From assembly GCA_963750305.1 (NCBI GenBank), contig CAVVPX010000002.1, positions 616,845-680,844 of the forward strand: 64,000 nucleotides of DNA. Direction: 5' to 3'. Within the stretch, counting starts at the first letter, position 1. Each line of letters opens with the position of its first letter. Origin of the DNA: an uncultured Actinomycetota bacterium. Its GTDB lineage: Bacteria; Actinomycetota; Actinomycetes; Actinomycetales; Dermatophilaceae. Of the stretch, positions 26,764 through 35,857 are shown piece by piece. The notes below the pieces were generated by a model. The model saw only the letters and a program-made list of their open reading frames with translations, was not told where the DNA came from and did no database searches. The translations under genes and the position numbers were made by a program.

Positions 26764-28179
26764 CTAGTGCGGCAGCAGGGTCAGCAGACCGAGAACGGCA
26801 CAACCCCCCAGCGTTCGTAGCGGACTCCACCTGAACCGCAGGATCAGGGCGAGCGCCACGACGGTGATGACGAAGGAGTCGGGGCGCCAGCTCGCCCAGA
26901 TGGGCACGCTGAGCCCAAGTGGCCCAGCAGCCAGGAGCCGGGTGTCGCCGAACAACGTGTGGACCGCGAAGTACAGCGCGAGGTTCGCGATGACGCCGAC
27001 GACCGCCGCGGTGATCCCTGCGAGGGCGCTGGTGAGCTGGCTGTTGCTGCGAAGCCGTTCCACGTATGGCGCCCCGAGGAACACGAAGAGGAAGCACGGC
27101 ACGAAGGTGACCCAGACCGTGAGCAGCGAAGCGGTGACGCCGGCGACCCACGGGCTGAGGTTGCCCGGGTCGCGGTAGGCACCGACGAACGCGACGAACT
27201 GCACGACCATGATCAGGGGTCCGGGTGTGGTCTCTGCCAGGGCGAGGCCACGCACCATCTCACCCGGAGCGAGCCAGCCGTAGACGTGTACGGCCTGCTG
27301 GGCCACGTAGGCCAGGACCGCGTACGCGCCGCCGAAGGTCACGACCGCAGCGCCCGAGAAGAACAGCGACTGGTCGAGCAGGACCGAGGTGCCGAGGATC
27401 TCGGCACTGAGGGCCACGATCACGATCGGGACGGCCCACAGGGTCAGCCCGACGGCGGCGACGGTCGCGGTTCGACGAGGTGTCGGCAGGGCGAGGTGCA
27501 GGGCCTCGTCGCTGATCAGGGGGACGGGACCATGGGTCGCCCGCTGGGACCCGGCCCGCCCCAGGTGCGGGATGGATCGACCGAGGGCCCATCCGGCGAG
27601 GCCGGCGGACAACACGACCAGTGGGAACGGCACGCCGAACACGGTCAGCGCGATGAAGGCGGCGACCCCCACGCCGATGAGCGCACGATGGCTGAAGGCA
27701 CGTGAGGCGACCCGGTGGACGGCACCGACCACGATCGCGATGACTGCCGCACCCAGCCCCGAGAACAGCGCCGTCACCAGTGCGGTGTCGCCGGCGGTGA
27801 CGTACCCGGCTGAGAGGGCCAGGATGGCGAGCGACCCTGGCAGCACGAAGAGGCCACCGGCGACAAGCCCGCCGCGGGTGCCGTTGAGCAACCATCCCGC
27901 GTAGATCGCCAGCTGCTGAGCCTCCGGGCCCGGCAGGACCATGCAGTAGCTCAGCGCATGCAGAAAGCGCTCCTGACCGAGCCAACGACGCCTCTCCACC
28001 AGCTCGTGCTGCATCACCGCGATCTGGCCAGCCGGCCCACCGAAGGTCTGGAGGCTGATCGCGAACCAGGCGCGGGCGGCTTCGCGCAGCGGGATGACGT
28101 CACGGTCGTGGGTGGGCGTCGCAGGGCGGTGACGGTCCTCGGGGGGTCGGTCACCCTGCTGCCCGGCCCTGTCGGTCAT
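26764..28179 (-). CDS. chrA: Chromate ion transporter (CHR family, duplicated domains)
   Basis: FGGPAGQIAVMQHELVERRRWL...LPGPEAQQL and second-half GLALAETTPGPLIM motifs. Confidence 0.88.
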   Translation of the reverse strand: MTDRAGQQGDRPPEDRHRPATPTHDRDVIPLREAARAWFAISLQTFGGPAGQIAVMQHELVERRRWLGQERFLHALSYCMVLPGPEAQQLAIYAGWLLNGTRGGLVAGGLFVLPGSLAILALSAGYVTAGDTALVTALFSGLGAAVIAIVVGAVHRVASRAFSHRALIGVGVAAFIALTVFGVPFPLVVLSAGLAGWALGRSIPHLGRAGSQRATHGPVPLISDEALHLALPTPRRTATVAAVGLTLWAVPIVIVALSAEILGTSVLLDQSLFFSGAAVVTFGGAYAVLAYVAQQAVHVYGWLAPGEMVRGLALAETTPGPLIMVVQFVAFVGAYRDPGNLSPWVAGVTASLLTVWVTFVPCFLFVFLGAPYVERLRSNSQLTSALAGITAAVVGVIANLALYFAVHTLFGDTRLLAAGPLGLSVPIWASWRPDSFVITVVALALILRFRWSPLRTLGGCAVLGLLTLLPH

Positions 28180-28394
28180 GCGAGGTGATGCTCGGGGCGG
28201 GACAGGCTACGCACGGGTGTCCCCTCCCTTTGCGGGTCGACCGGATGAGGACGGACTCTAGCGGCGGCCGCGGCGGCCGCGGCGGCGGGCGACCAGCCCA
28301 TGGGTCGCGAGCGGGCCCTGATCGGCTCACGCCGCGCAATGCCCAGCCGGACCGGACCCGGTGGCCCTGTTGACACCAGCGTCAGGATGAACCG

Positions 28395-28629
28395 ATGGAA
28401 CAGACGGTGACGGTCGACATCGCGGCACCGCCCGAGCAGGTGTGGGCGGTGTTGAGCGACGTGGAGTACTGGTCGGAGTGGACGCCGACGGTGACGTCGG
28501 TGCGCCGCCTCGACGAGGGGCCGCTACGCCCGGGGAGCCGAGCCAGGATCAGCCAGCCACGGGCTGACCGAGCGCTACCTCGCCAACGAAGCCGGGGGGC
28601 TCAAGGCCCAGTGCGAGGAGCCGCGTTGA
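28395..28629 (+). pseudogene. SRPBCC family gene remnant (internal deletion plus frameshift)
   Basis: Intact N-terminus [40 protein letters not shown]. The family C-terminus [21 protein letters not shown] then appears in another frame, ending at 28629. The as-read ORF runs through tRNA-Pro. Confidence 0.6.
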
Positions 28630-28755
28630 GCGAGGGCCCGCGAGGGTGTCGTGTCCCGCCCGTACCGCAACTCTCGACCCGGTCGCGCTCCGGAGGCCCG
28701 CCCAGGGAGAAGGGCCCCGACCGCGGCTGTCGCAGATCAGGGCCCTTCCGCATGC

Positions 28756-28832
28756 TGGTCGGGGTGACAGGATTTGAACCTGCGGCCTCGTCGTCCCGAA
28801 CGACGCGCGCTACCAAGCTGCGCCACACCCCG
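28756..28832 (-). tRNA. tRNA-Pro (anticodon CGG), CCA encoded
   Basis: Reverse complement CGGGGTGTGGCGCAGCTTGGTAGCGCGCGTCGTTCGGGACGACGAGGCCGCAGGTTCAAATCCTGTCACCCCGACCA. Anticodon loop TTCGGGA. Confidence 0.92.
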
Positions 28833-28974
28833 TGGCATACGTGTGCTGCCCGGAGGGGCAGCGACTAGTGAGAATAGCCCACCACTGCGGCCGTGACCCA
28901 ATCGGTTCGGCGCGCTCGCGGTGAACGCGCGGGCGGACGTCAGGGTGCCCACCTCGAACCCGACCGCGCGAGGG

Positions 28975-29961
28975 TCAGGACGCCGTCCGGGGGTTCGACG
29001 AGGGCACTTCTTCGGGCTCAGCCTCCCGCGGCACCAGCGTGAGCAGGGTCGCCTCCGGGCGGCAGGCGAAGCGCACCGGCGCGTAGCGGGAGGTCCCGAG
29101 ACCGGCCGAGACGTGCAGGTAGGCCGCACCCTGCGGAGCCGCCGAGGACGGCTGGTGATCGGCCCCGGCCCACCACCGTGACACGCCCTTGGCGCGGCTG
29201 CGGTCGAGGTCGCAGTTGGTGACCAGGGCGCCGTACAGCGGGACCGCGAGCTGGCCGCCGTGGGTGTGCCCCGCGAGCACCAGGCCCGCGCCGTCGCCGA
29301 CGAGGGCGTCCAAGGCGCGCTGGTACGGCGCGTGCACCACGCCGATGGTCGCGGCGACTTCGGTGGAGGCAGGCCCCGCCACCTGCTCCGGGTGGTCGGC
29401 GTCCATGTGCGGGTCGCCGAGCCCGACGAACTCCAGCGGCACGCCGCAGACCCGCAGGATGGTGCGGGTGTTGTCGAGCTGATGCCAGCCCGTGCGGGCG
29501 AGCCCCGCGACCAGCTCGGCGGTGGGCAGGCGGGGGGTGGAGCCGAGGTGGCGACGATGGTGGCGGGTGAGGTACAGGGCGGGGTTCTTCGGCCTGGGAG
29601 CCCAGATGTCGTTGGAGCCCAGGACGAACAGGCCGGGATACTCCTGCAGCGGCTCCATCGCTGCCAGGACCCCCGGCACCGCCAACGGGTCGCTCAGGTT
29701 GTCACCACTGTTCACGACCAGGTCGGGCTCGAGCTCGGCGAGCCCACGCACCCAGGCGATCTTGCGGCGTTGTCCGGCGACCAGGTGCAGGTCGGACACC
29801 TGCAGCACCCGGACCGGTCGCGATCCCCGCGCCAGCACGGGCACCGCGAACTCGCGGACGACGAACGCGTTGCGCTCGACCAGCCCCGCATACGCGACGC
29901 CGACCACCCCGACCCCGGCGACACCGCCGGCCAGGCGAAGGGCAGTGCTCGCGGCGCTCAC
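28975..29961 (-). CDS. Metallophosphoesterase
   Basis: LQVSDLHL, NSGDNL, GHTHGGQ motifs. GTG start. Confidence 0.85.
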   Translation of the reverse strand: MSAASTALRLAGGVAGVGVVGVAYAGLVERNAFVVREFAVPVLARGSRPVRVLQVSDLHLVAGQRRKIAWVRGLAELEPDLVVNSGDNLSDPLAVPGVLAAMEPLQEYPGLFVLGSNDIWAPRPKNPALYLTRHHRRHLGSTPRLPTAELVAGLARTGWHQLDNTRTILRVCGVPLEFVGLGDPHMDADHPEQVAGPASTEVAATIGVVHAPYQRALDALVGDGAGLVLAGHTHGGQLAVPLYGALVTNCDLDRSRAKGVSRWWAGADHQPSSAAPQGAAYLHVSAGLGTSRYAPVRFACRPEATLLTLVPREAEPEEVPSSNPRTAS

Positions 29962-30011
29962 GGTCCCATCCTCGCAAACCCCGGTTGCGGGCCGGTGGGA
30001 GACTGGTCGAC

Positions 30012-30476
30012 ATGACCCAGACCTCGCTCAAGTCGACCGTGCAGGCCGACCTCACCGACGCCATGCGCGCTCGCGACACGATGCGCTCCGGCACCCTGCG
30101 GATGGTGCTGGCGGCGATCACGACCGAGGAGGTCGCCGGCGACCAGGCACGGGTGCTCAGCGACGACGACGTCCTGAAGGTGCTGGCCAAGGAGGCGAAG
30201 AAGCGCCGGGAGGCGTCGACGGCATACACCGAGGCGAACCGACCCGAGCTCGCCGAGCGCGAGGACGCCGAGCTGGCCATCCTGCAGACGTACCTGCCGG
30301 CCCAGCTCAGCGAGGTCGAGCTCCAGGCGCTGGTGGCGCAGGCGATCAGCGACTCGGGTGCGACGGGGATGCCTCAGATGGGTCTGGCCATGAAGGCCGC
30401 GCAGTCCGCGGTGGCCGGCCGGGCCGACGGCGGCCGGGTGGCCGCGCTCGTCAAGGCCCAGCTGGCCGGCGGCTAG
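30012..30476 (+). CDS. GatB/YqeY domain protein
   Basis: LKSTVQADLTDAMRARD..LRMVLAAITTEEV...LSEVELQALV. Confidence 0.8.
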   Translation: MTQTSLKSTVQADLTDAMRARDTMRSGTLRMVLAAITTEEVAGDQARVLSDDDVLKVLAKEAKKRREASTAYTEANRPELAEREDAELAILQTYLPAQLSEVELQALVAQAISDSGATGMPQMGLAMKAAQSAVAGRADGGRVAALVKAQLAGG

Positions 30477-32911
30477 CCGTTCCCGCGCCCGGACCGTCCA
30501 CTGCCCGAGGTGTGGCCCGAGACCTTGGCCGGCTTGGGCGGTTTGGCCGGCTTGGTGGCCGGCTTGGGCGGTTTGGTCGGCTTGGTGGTCGGCTTGGGAC
30601 CCGGCTGCGGGGCTGGCTGCGGAGCGGGCCTCGAACGGCCGGTGGAGACGTACAGCGTCACCGAGCTGCCCTTGACCGCTCGTCCGCTGGGTGAGGTGAA
30701 CGCGACCAGGCCCGCCGACACGTTGCTATCGGCGTATCCACCGTTGTCGACCGAGAAGCCGGCCTCCTTGAGGCGCGCGGTCGCACCCGAGACGGTCATG
30801 CCCGAGACGTATGGCAGGTTGACGTAGTCGCCGTTGGTGATCTTGTCGGACGGCTTGCTGAAGTCCTTGCGGGGCAGGTCTGCCGTCGCCCGGCCCATGA
30901 TCGAGCCCCACAACGGAGCGGCGATCGTGCCACCGAAGACGTTGGGGTAGTACTGCCCGCCGATGGTCACCCTGTTCATGTCCGTCTTCGAGCTGTTGCC
31001 GAGCGGGGTGCCAACCCACACGGCGAGGGCGCGCTGGGGGGTGAACCCGGTGAACCAGGACTCGTTGTGGTTCTCGTCGGTGCCGGTCTTGCCCGCGGCC
31101 GGTCGACCGTCGGCGAGCCGCGCGCCGGTGCCGGTGCCCCCGGTGATCACGCCCTGAAGGAGCTCGGTGACGCCCGCCGCGACCTGGGGGTCGACCACCT
31201 GCTTGCACGAGGACTTCGGCACCTTGATCGCCTTGCCGGCCAGCGTGGTGACCGAGGAGACCGGGATCGGCTGGCACAGCTTGCCGCCCGCGGCGAGCGT
31301 GGCGTACGACGTCGCCATGGTGATCGGCGCGACCGTCAGCGAGCCGAGGATCACGTCGGAGGGGTTGGAGGTCGGCGCCTTGCCGTCCCCGGTCCTGACC
31401 CCCATCGCCTTCATCATGTCGCGCACCTTGCAGATGCCGAGCTTGACGCCGAGGGAGGCGAACGCGGTGTTGATCGAGTTGGCCGTCGCGTTGCGCAGCG
31501 TGAGCGTGCCGCCGCTGGTGAAGTCGTTGCGGACCCGCCAGTCGGGGTACGGCTTGCACTCGTCGGTGAACTCGGACGGGAGGTAGATCGCGGGCGTGTT
31601 CGGCGTGGCCGACTTGGCCTTGATCGTGCCGTTCACCGGGGTCCCGGTGGACAGGGCCTGGACCAGCGAGTACACCTTGGCCGTCGATCCGATGGCGAAG
31701 CCGTAGGTGCTGCCGCCCATCGCCTGCGGGACGTTCCAGTTGACCTGCTGGTCCTTGAAGTTCGAGCTCTGGGCCATTGCCAGCACCTTGCCCGTGCCCG
31801 GCTCGACCATGGTCGCTGCGGCGCCGAACTTCTTGTAGTCGCTGGGGTACACCTTCTTGGCCAGCTGGTCGCGGGCGTACTTGGTGAGCGCCGGGTCCAG
31901 GGTGGTCTTGATGATGAGCCCACCGGTGTTGATCATGTTCAGGCGGTCGGCAGCGGTCTTGCCCAGCGCGGGCTGGTTCTTGAGCCACTCGATGACGTAC
32001 TGGCAGAAGTACGGCTGGGTGGAGTTCGCGCAGTTGTTCTGCGCCTTCTTGACCTTGAGCATCTTGGCGACCTTGAGGGCCTTGGCGGCCTTCCAGTCCT
32101 TGGCCGAGACGATGCCCAGCTGGTACATGCGGTCGAGCACGACGTTGCGACGGGTCTGGGCGCACTTGGGGTTGTTGCGCGGGTCGCAGCCGCTGGGGTC
32201 CTGCACCGTCCCGGCGAGCAGCGCGGCCTGGGCGAGCGTGAGCTTGCTGGCGGGGATGCTGAAGTAGTGCTGCGCAGCTGCCTCGATGCCGTAGGCGCCG
32301 TCGCCGTAGAACACCAGGTTCAGGTAGTTCTCCAGGATCTCGTCCTTGGTGAGCTTCTTCTCGACCTGGACGGCGTACTTCACCTCCTGGAGCTTGCGGG
32401 TGTAGCTCTCGTCGATGGCCGCTGCCATCGCCTCCTTGTCCTGGGAGCGGGCGGCCTGCTCGAACAGCGTCACCTTGACGTACTGCTGGGTCAGCGTCGA
32501 GGCGCCCTCCTCGGTGCGGCCCGCCGCGGCGTTCTTCACCGCGGCGCGCGCGATGCCGCGCAGGTCGGCCCCACCGTGCTCGTAGAAGCGGTCGTCCTCG
32601 ATCGCGACCTGCGCCTTGCGCATGATCGGGGAGACCTTCTCGATGGGGACGACCACCCGGTTCTCGGTGTAGGGCGTCGCGATCAGGTTGCCCTTGGCGT
32701 CATAGATCCGCGACGCCTGCGGCAGCGGGAGGGTGGTGAAGTCGCCGGGGAGACTGTCGAACAGGTCGACACCGGACTTGGCTGCTGACCCGGCCGCGCC
32801 GACCGCGGGGACGAAGATACCGGCAGTGAGGATGCCCAGGACGATGGCGGTGGCGACGAACGCGCCGAGCAGGCTGACGACGTTGACGAGCAGGCGGGTA
32901 CGGCTGGGCAT
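30473..32911 (-). CDS. ponA: Class A penicillin-binding protein (transglycosylase/transpeptidase) with C-terminal PASTA domain and Pro/Lys-rich tail
   Basis: GT51 motifs AIEDDRFYEHGG, GASTLTQQ; transpeptidase STAK motif; PASTA domain. Start ATG 32911 (alternative 32935). Confidence 0.9.
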   Translation of the reverse strand: MPSRTRLLVNVVSLLGAFVATAIVLGILTAGIFVPAVGAAGSAAKSGVDLFDSLPGDFTTLPLPQASRIYDAKGNLIATPYTENRVVVPIEKVSPIMRKAQVAIEDDRFYEHGGADLRGIARAAVKNAAAGRTEEGASTLTQQYVKVTLFEQAARSQDKEAMAAAIDESYTRKLQEVKYAVQVEKKLTKDEILENYLNLVFYGDGAYGIEAAAQHYFSIPASKLTLAQAALLAGTVQDPSGCDPRNNPKCAQTRRNVVLDRMYQLGIVSAKDWKAAKALKVAKMLKVKKAQNNCANSTQPYFCQYVIEWLKNQPALGKTAADRLNMINTGGLIIKTTLDPALTKYARDQLAKKVYPSDYKKFGAAATMVEPGTGKVLAMAQSSNFKDQQVNWNVPQAMGGSTYGFAIGSTAKVYSLVQALSTGTPVNGTIKAKSATPNTPAIYLPSEFTDECKPYPDWRVRNDFTSGGTLTLRNATANSINTAFASLGVKLGICKVRDMMKAMGVRTGDGKAPTSNPSDVILGSLTVAPITMATSYATLAAGGKLCQPIPVSSVTTLAGKAIKVPKSSCKQVVDPQVAAGVTELLQGVITGGTGTGARLADGRPAAGKTGTDENHNESWFTGFTPQRALAVWVGTPLGNSSKTDMNRVTIGGQYYPNVFGGTIAAPLWGSIMGRATADLPRKDFSKPSDKITNGDYVNLPYVSGMTVSGATARLKEAGFSVDNGGYADSNVSAGLVAFTSPSGRAVKGSSVTLYVSTGRSRPAPQPAPQPGPKPTTKPTKPPKPATKPAKPPKPAKVSGHTSGSGRSGRGNG

Positions 32912-33121
32912 GGGGCCTAGGGTAACCCGGCGCACGCGTCCCCCGGCTCACTTCGACGCGCTGGACGAGGGCTGGATGTCCGCTGGGACGAGGGGTCCAG
33001 GACCCGTCCCGGGGTGACGCGGAGGGCCGTCGGAAACCTCCCTGAAACCAAAGAGCCGGACACTGACCGGCGGGGGCCGACGTATCAAACGAGGGCAAAC
33101 GATCTCCTCCCGGCCGAAAGA

Positions 33122-33146
33122 CCTAGTCAGTAGTTCGGGGTGACTA
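33122..33146. promoter_or_regulatory. Inverted repeat CTAGTCA-N11-TGACTAG in the ponA/whiB divergent intergenic region
   Basis: Perfect 7-bp arms read directly, about 115 nt upstream of the whiB ATG, inside a locally AT-richer region. Confidence 0.35.
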
Positions 33147-33260
33147 GTTACTCGGACCGCAACAACCCCACGGATGAGCCATATCGGCCGAACGGCTGAA
33201 TTTTCTAACCTCAGAAGTGCCGGATCAACGGCAACCAAGCACCTTGGAGGGGAACCCAGA

Positions 33261-33596
33261 ATGACCATCGCACCTGAGCGTCCTGTCGATACCACCGCCC
33301 GCCCCGTCTGGGTGGCCGACTGGGCCGCGCTGGGCAACTGCGCCAAGTCCGATCCCGATGCGTTGTTCGTCAAGGGTGCCGCGCAGCAGTCCGCGAAGAT
33401 CGTCTGCCAGACCTGCCCCGTCGTCGCCGAGTGCCTCGCCGACGCGCTGGACAACCGCACCGAGTTCGGGGTCTGGGGCGGGCTGACCGAGCGTGAGCGC
33501 CGTGCGCTGCTCCGCCGCCGCCCCGACATCACCTCCTGGGCTGCGCTGTTCGAGCGCGCCCGCACCGACCAGGCGGACCAGGCGCTCGGCGCCTGA
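33261..33596 (+). CDS. whiB: WhiB family transcriptional regulator (WhiB4-like by synteny)
   Basis: Four Cys, C-X22-C-X2-C-X5-C (GNCAKSDPDALF...CQTCPVVAEC), and GVWGG turn. SD GGAGGGG. Confidence 0.88.
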   Translation: MTIAPERPVDTTARPVWVADWAALGNCAKSDPDALFVKGAAQQSAKIVCQTCPVVAECLADALDNRTEFGVWGGLTERERRALLRRRPDITSWAALFERARTDQADQALGA

Positions 33597-33695
33597 TCCA
33601 CCTCCGCCCCGACAGGGCGGGCGCACACTGCGCCCCCCGCCCAGCAGGATCCGTCCCCCAGGCCTGCCGGGTGGGGGGTGTTGCTGTGTCCACGC

Positions 33696-34865
33696 TCAGG
33701 CCGTGAGCGCCCGGGCGACCTCGCGCAGGCCGGCGAGGTCGTGGATGTCGGAGGCGGCAGCCGGGACCTGGACGACCGGGATCCCCGGGTGTCCGGCGGT
33801 GAACCGTCGGGCGACCGCTGCCTGGCGGGCAGCGAGCTGCTGGGCGCCGGCGTGCAGGCGCAGGATGCCGGCACTGGACCTGCTCGCCCCTGTCCCCTTG
33901 CCCTCCTCGACCTGCTCGGCGCTCGCCAGGGCCCGCGACGCGCTCAGCCCGGTCGCGCTGACCCGCTGGAGCCGGTTGAGGACCAGCCCGGCGAGCGGCA
34001 TCCGCTCGTCCTCGAGGCGGTCCACGAAGTAGGCGGCCTCGCGCAGCGCGTCGCGCTCCGGGATGGCGACCACGACGAAGGCCGTCTCGGGGTCCTTGAG
34101 CAGGGCGTAGGTCTGGTCGGCTCGCTCGCGGAACCCGCCGAACATCGTGTCCAGGGCCGCGACGAAGGTCTGCAGGTCGGTGAGCAGGTCGCCGCCCAGG
34201 ACCTTGGTCAGCGTCGAGGCGACGAGGTTGACGCCGGTGTTGAGCACCCGCAGATAGGCGCGGCTGCCCTTCTTCACCGGCGCGGTCAGGATGCGGATGA
34301 ACCGGCCGTCGAGGAACGAGCCGAGCCGCTTCGGCGCGTCGAGGAAGTCCAGCGCCGACCGCGACGGAGGCGTGTCGACCACGACCAGGTCCCACCGGGC
34401 GCCGTCACCGTCCTCGGCGAGCGCAGCCCGCAGCTGGCCGAGCTTCTCCATCGCCATGTATTCCTGGGTCCCCGCGAACGAGCTGGAGAGCGCCTGGTAG
34501 AACGGGTTCGCCAGGATCTGGGCGACCTTCTCCGGAGCAGCGTGGGCCTCGACGACCTCATCGAAGGTGCGCTTCATGTCGAGCATCATGGCGTCGAGCG
34601 AGCCGCCTGCCGAGGTGTCGACACCGGCCACCGGCCGCGGCACGTTGTCGAGCTCGTTGAGCCCCAGGGACTGGGCCAGCCGCCGCGCCGGGTCGATGGT
34701 GAGCACCACGACCCGACGACCGCGCTCGGCAGCGTGCAGGCCGAGGGCAGCCGCGGTGGTGGTCTTGCCGACACCGCCCGATCCGCAGCAGACGACCACC
34801 CGTATGCCGCGGTCGGCGGTGAGCGCGAACAGGTCGAGCGCCGGCGCGGTCGGGGTCTGGGCCAT
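33696..34865 (-). CDS. ArsA/Get3-like ATPase (Rv3679-like)
   Basis: Deviant Walker A CCGSGGVGKTT. Overlaps the upstream paralog stop (TGATG). Confidence 0.85.
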   Translation of the reverse strand: MAQTPTAPALDLFALTADRGIRVVVCCGSGGVGKTTTAAALGLHAAERGRRVVVLTIDPARRLAQSLGLNELDNVPRPVAGVDTSAGGSLDAMMLDMKRTFDEVVEAHAAPEKVAQILANPFYQALSSSFAGTQEYMAMEKLGQLRAALAEDGDGARWDLVVVDTPPSRSALDFLDAPKRLGSFLDGRFIRILTAPVKKGSRAYLRVLNTGVNLVASTLTKVLGGDLLTDLQTFVAALDTMFGGFRERADQTYALLKDPETAFVVVAIPERDALREAAYFVDRLEDERMPLAGLVLNRLQRVSATGLSASRALASAEQVEEGKGTGASRSSAGILRLHAGAQQLAARQAAVARRFTAGHPGIPVVQVPAAASDIHDLAGLREVARALTA

Positions 34866-35857
34866 CAGAAGGCTCCGTCCTGGCCGAGGACGTCGGCGAG
34901 TACTCGGATGCCGCCACCCTCGGTGCCGTCGGTCAGGGCGGGCAGGCGGACGACCGGCCGGCCCGCCGCGTCGATCTCGGCGCCCTCCGTCCGCTGCAGC
35001 GCGACGCGGTGTGCGTGCTCGGTGGCCTCGGCGAGCAGCCCGTCCGCCATCGCGTCGTCGACGGTCACGCCCGCGGACGCGAGGTCGGCCCTGAGCCGGG
35101 TTCGCAACCGGCCGGTCCGCCCGGAGGTGAGGGTGTCCAGCTCGCGGTCGGCCAGCAGCGGCTCGCTCACCTGGTTGACGACGACCACACCCAGCGGCAC
35201 GTGGATGCCGCGCAGGTCGACCATCGCGTCCAGGGTCTCCTGCACCGGCATCTCCTCCAGCAGCGTCACCACGTGCACGGCCGTGGTGGTGGACTGGAGC
35301 ATCCGGGTGATCGAGTCGGCCTGCCCCCGGATCGGGCCGACCTTCGCGACGTCGGCGACCTCTGCGTTGACGTTGAGGAACCGGACCACGCGCCCGGTGG
35401 GGGGAGCGTCCAGGACCACGGCGTCGTACACGAAGGCGCCACCCTTGCTGCGCCCTCCGACCCGGCGGCCGACCGCCTCGTAGACCTTGCCGATCAGCAG
35501 CACGTCGCGGACCCCCGGGGCGATGGTCGTGGCGAAGTCGATGGCGCCGACCTTCTCCAGCACCGACCCGGCCCGACCGAGCTTGTAGAACATCTGGAGG
35601 TACTCCAGCAGCGCGGTCTTGGCGTCCACCGACAGGCCCCAGAGCTGGCCGCCACTGCGGTCGGAGACGATCCGGACCTCCTCGCTCGGCAGTGGCGGGA
35701 TGTCGAAGGTCTGGGAGATGCCCTGCCGCCCCTCGACCTCGACGAGCAGGACGCGACTGCCCCGGCGGGTCAGGGCGAGCGCGAGCGCGGCGGCCACGGT
35801 GGTCTTGCCCGTGCCCCCCTTGCCGGTGACGATGTGCAGCCGCGGCGGACTAGCCAA
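34865..35857 (-). CDS. ArsA/Get3-like ATPase (Rv3680-like)
   Basis: VTGKGGTGKTT P-loop. TTG start at 35857 with GGAGG SD 6 nt upstream; the start is uncertain. Confidence 0.78.
   Translation of the reverse strand: MASPPRLHIVTGKGGTGKTTVAAALALALTRRGSRVLLVEVEGRQGISQTFDIPPLPSEEVRIVSDRSGGQLWGLSVDAKTALLEYLQMFYKLGRAGSVLEKVGAIDFATTIAPGVRDVLLIGKVYEAVGRRVGGRSKGGAFVYDAVVLDAPPTGRVVRFLNVNAEVADVAKVGPIRGQADSITRMLQSTTTAVHVVTLLEEMPVQETLDAMVDLRGIHVPLGVVVVNQVSEPLLADRELDTLTSGRTGRLRTRLRADLASAGVTVDDAMADGLLAEATEHAHRVALQRTEGAEIDAAGRPVVRLPALTDGTEGGGIRVLADVLGQDGAF

Noticed and set aside
28395-28868. 157-aa ORF taken at face value as an SRPBCC protein
   Set aside because: After about 57 codons the translation becomes Arg/Pro/Gly-rich nonsense and crosses tRNA-Pro on the opposite strand. 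It is treated as a pseudogene remnant ending near 28629.
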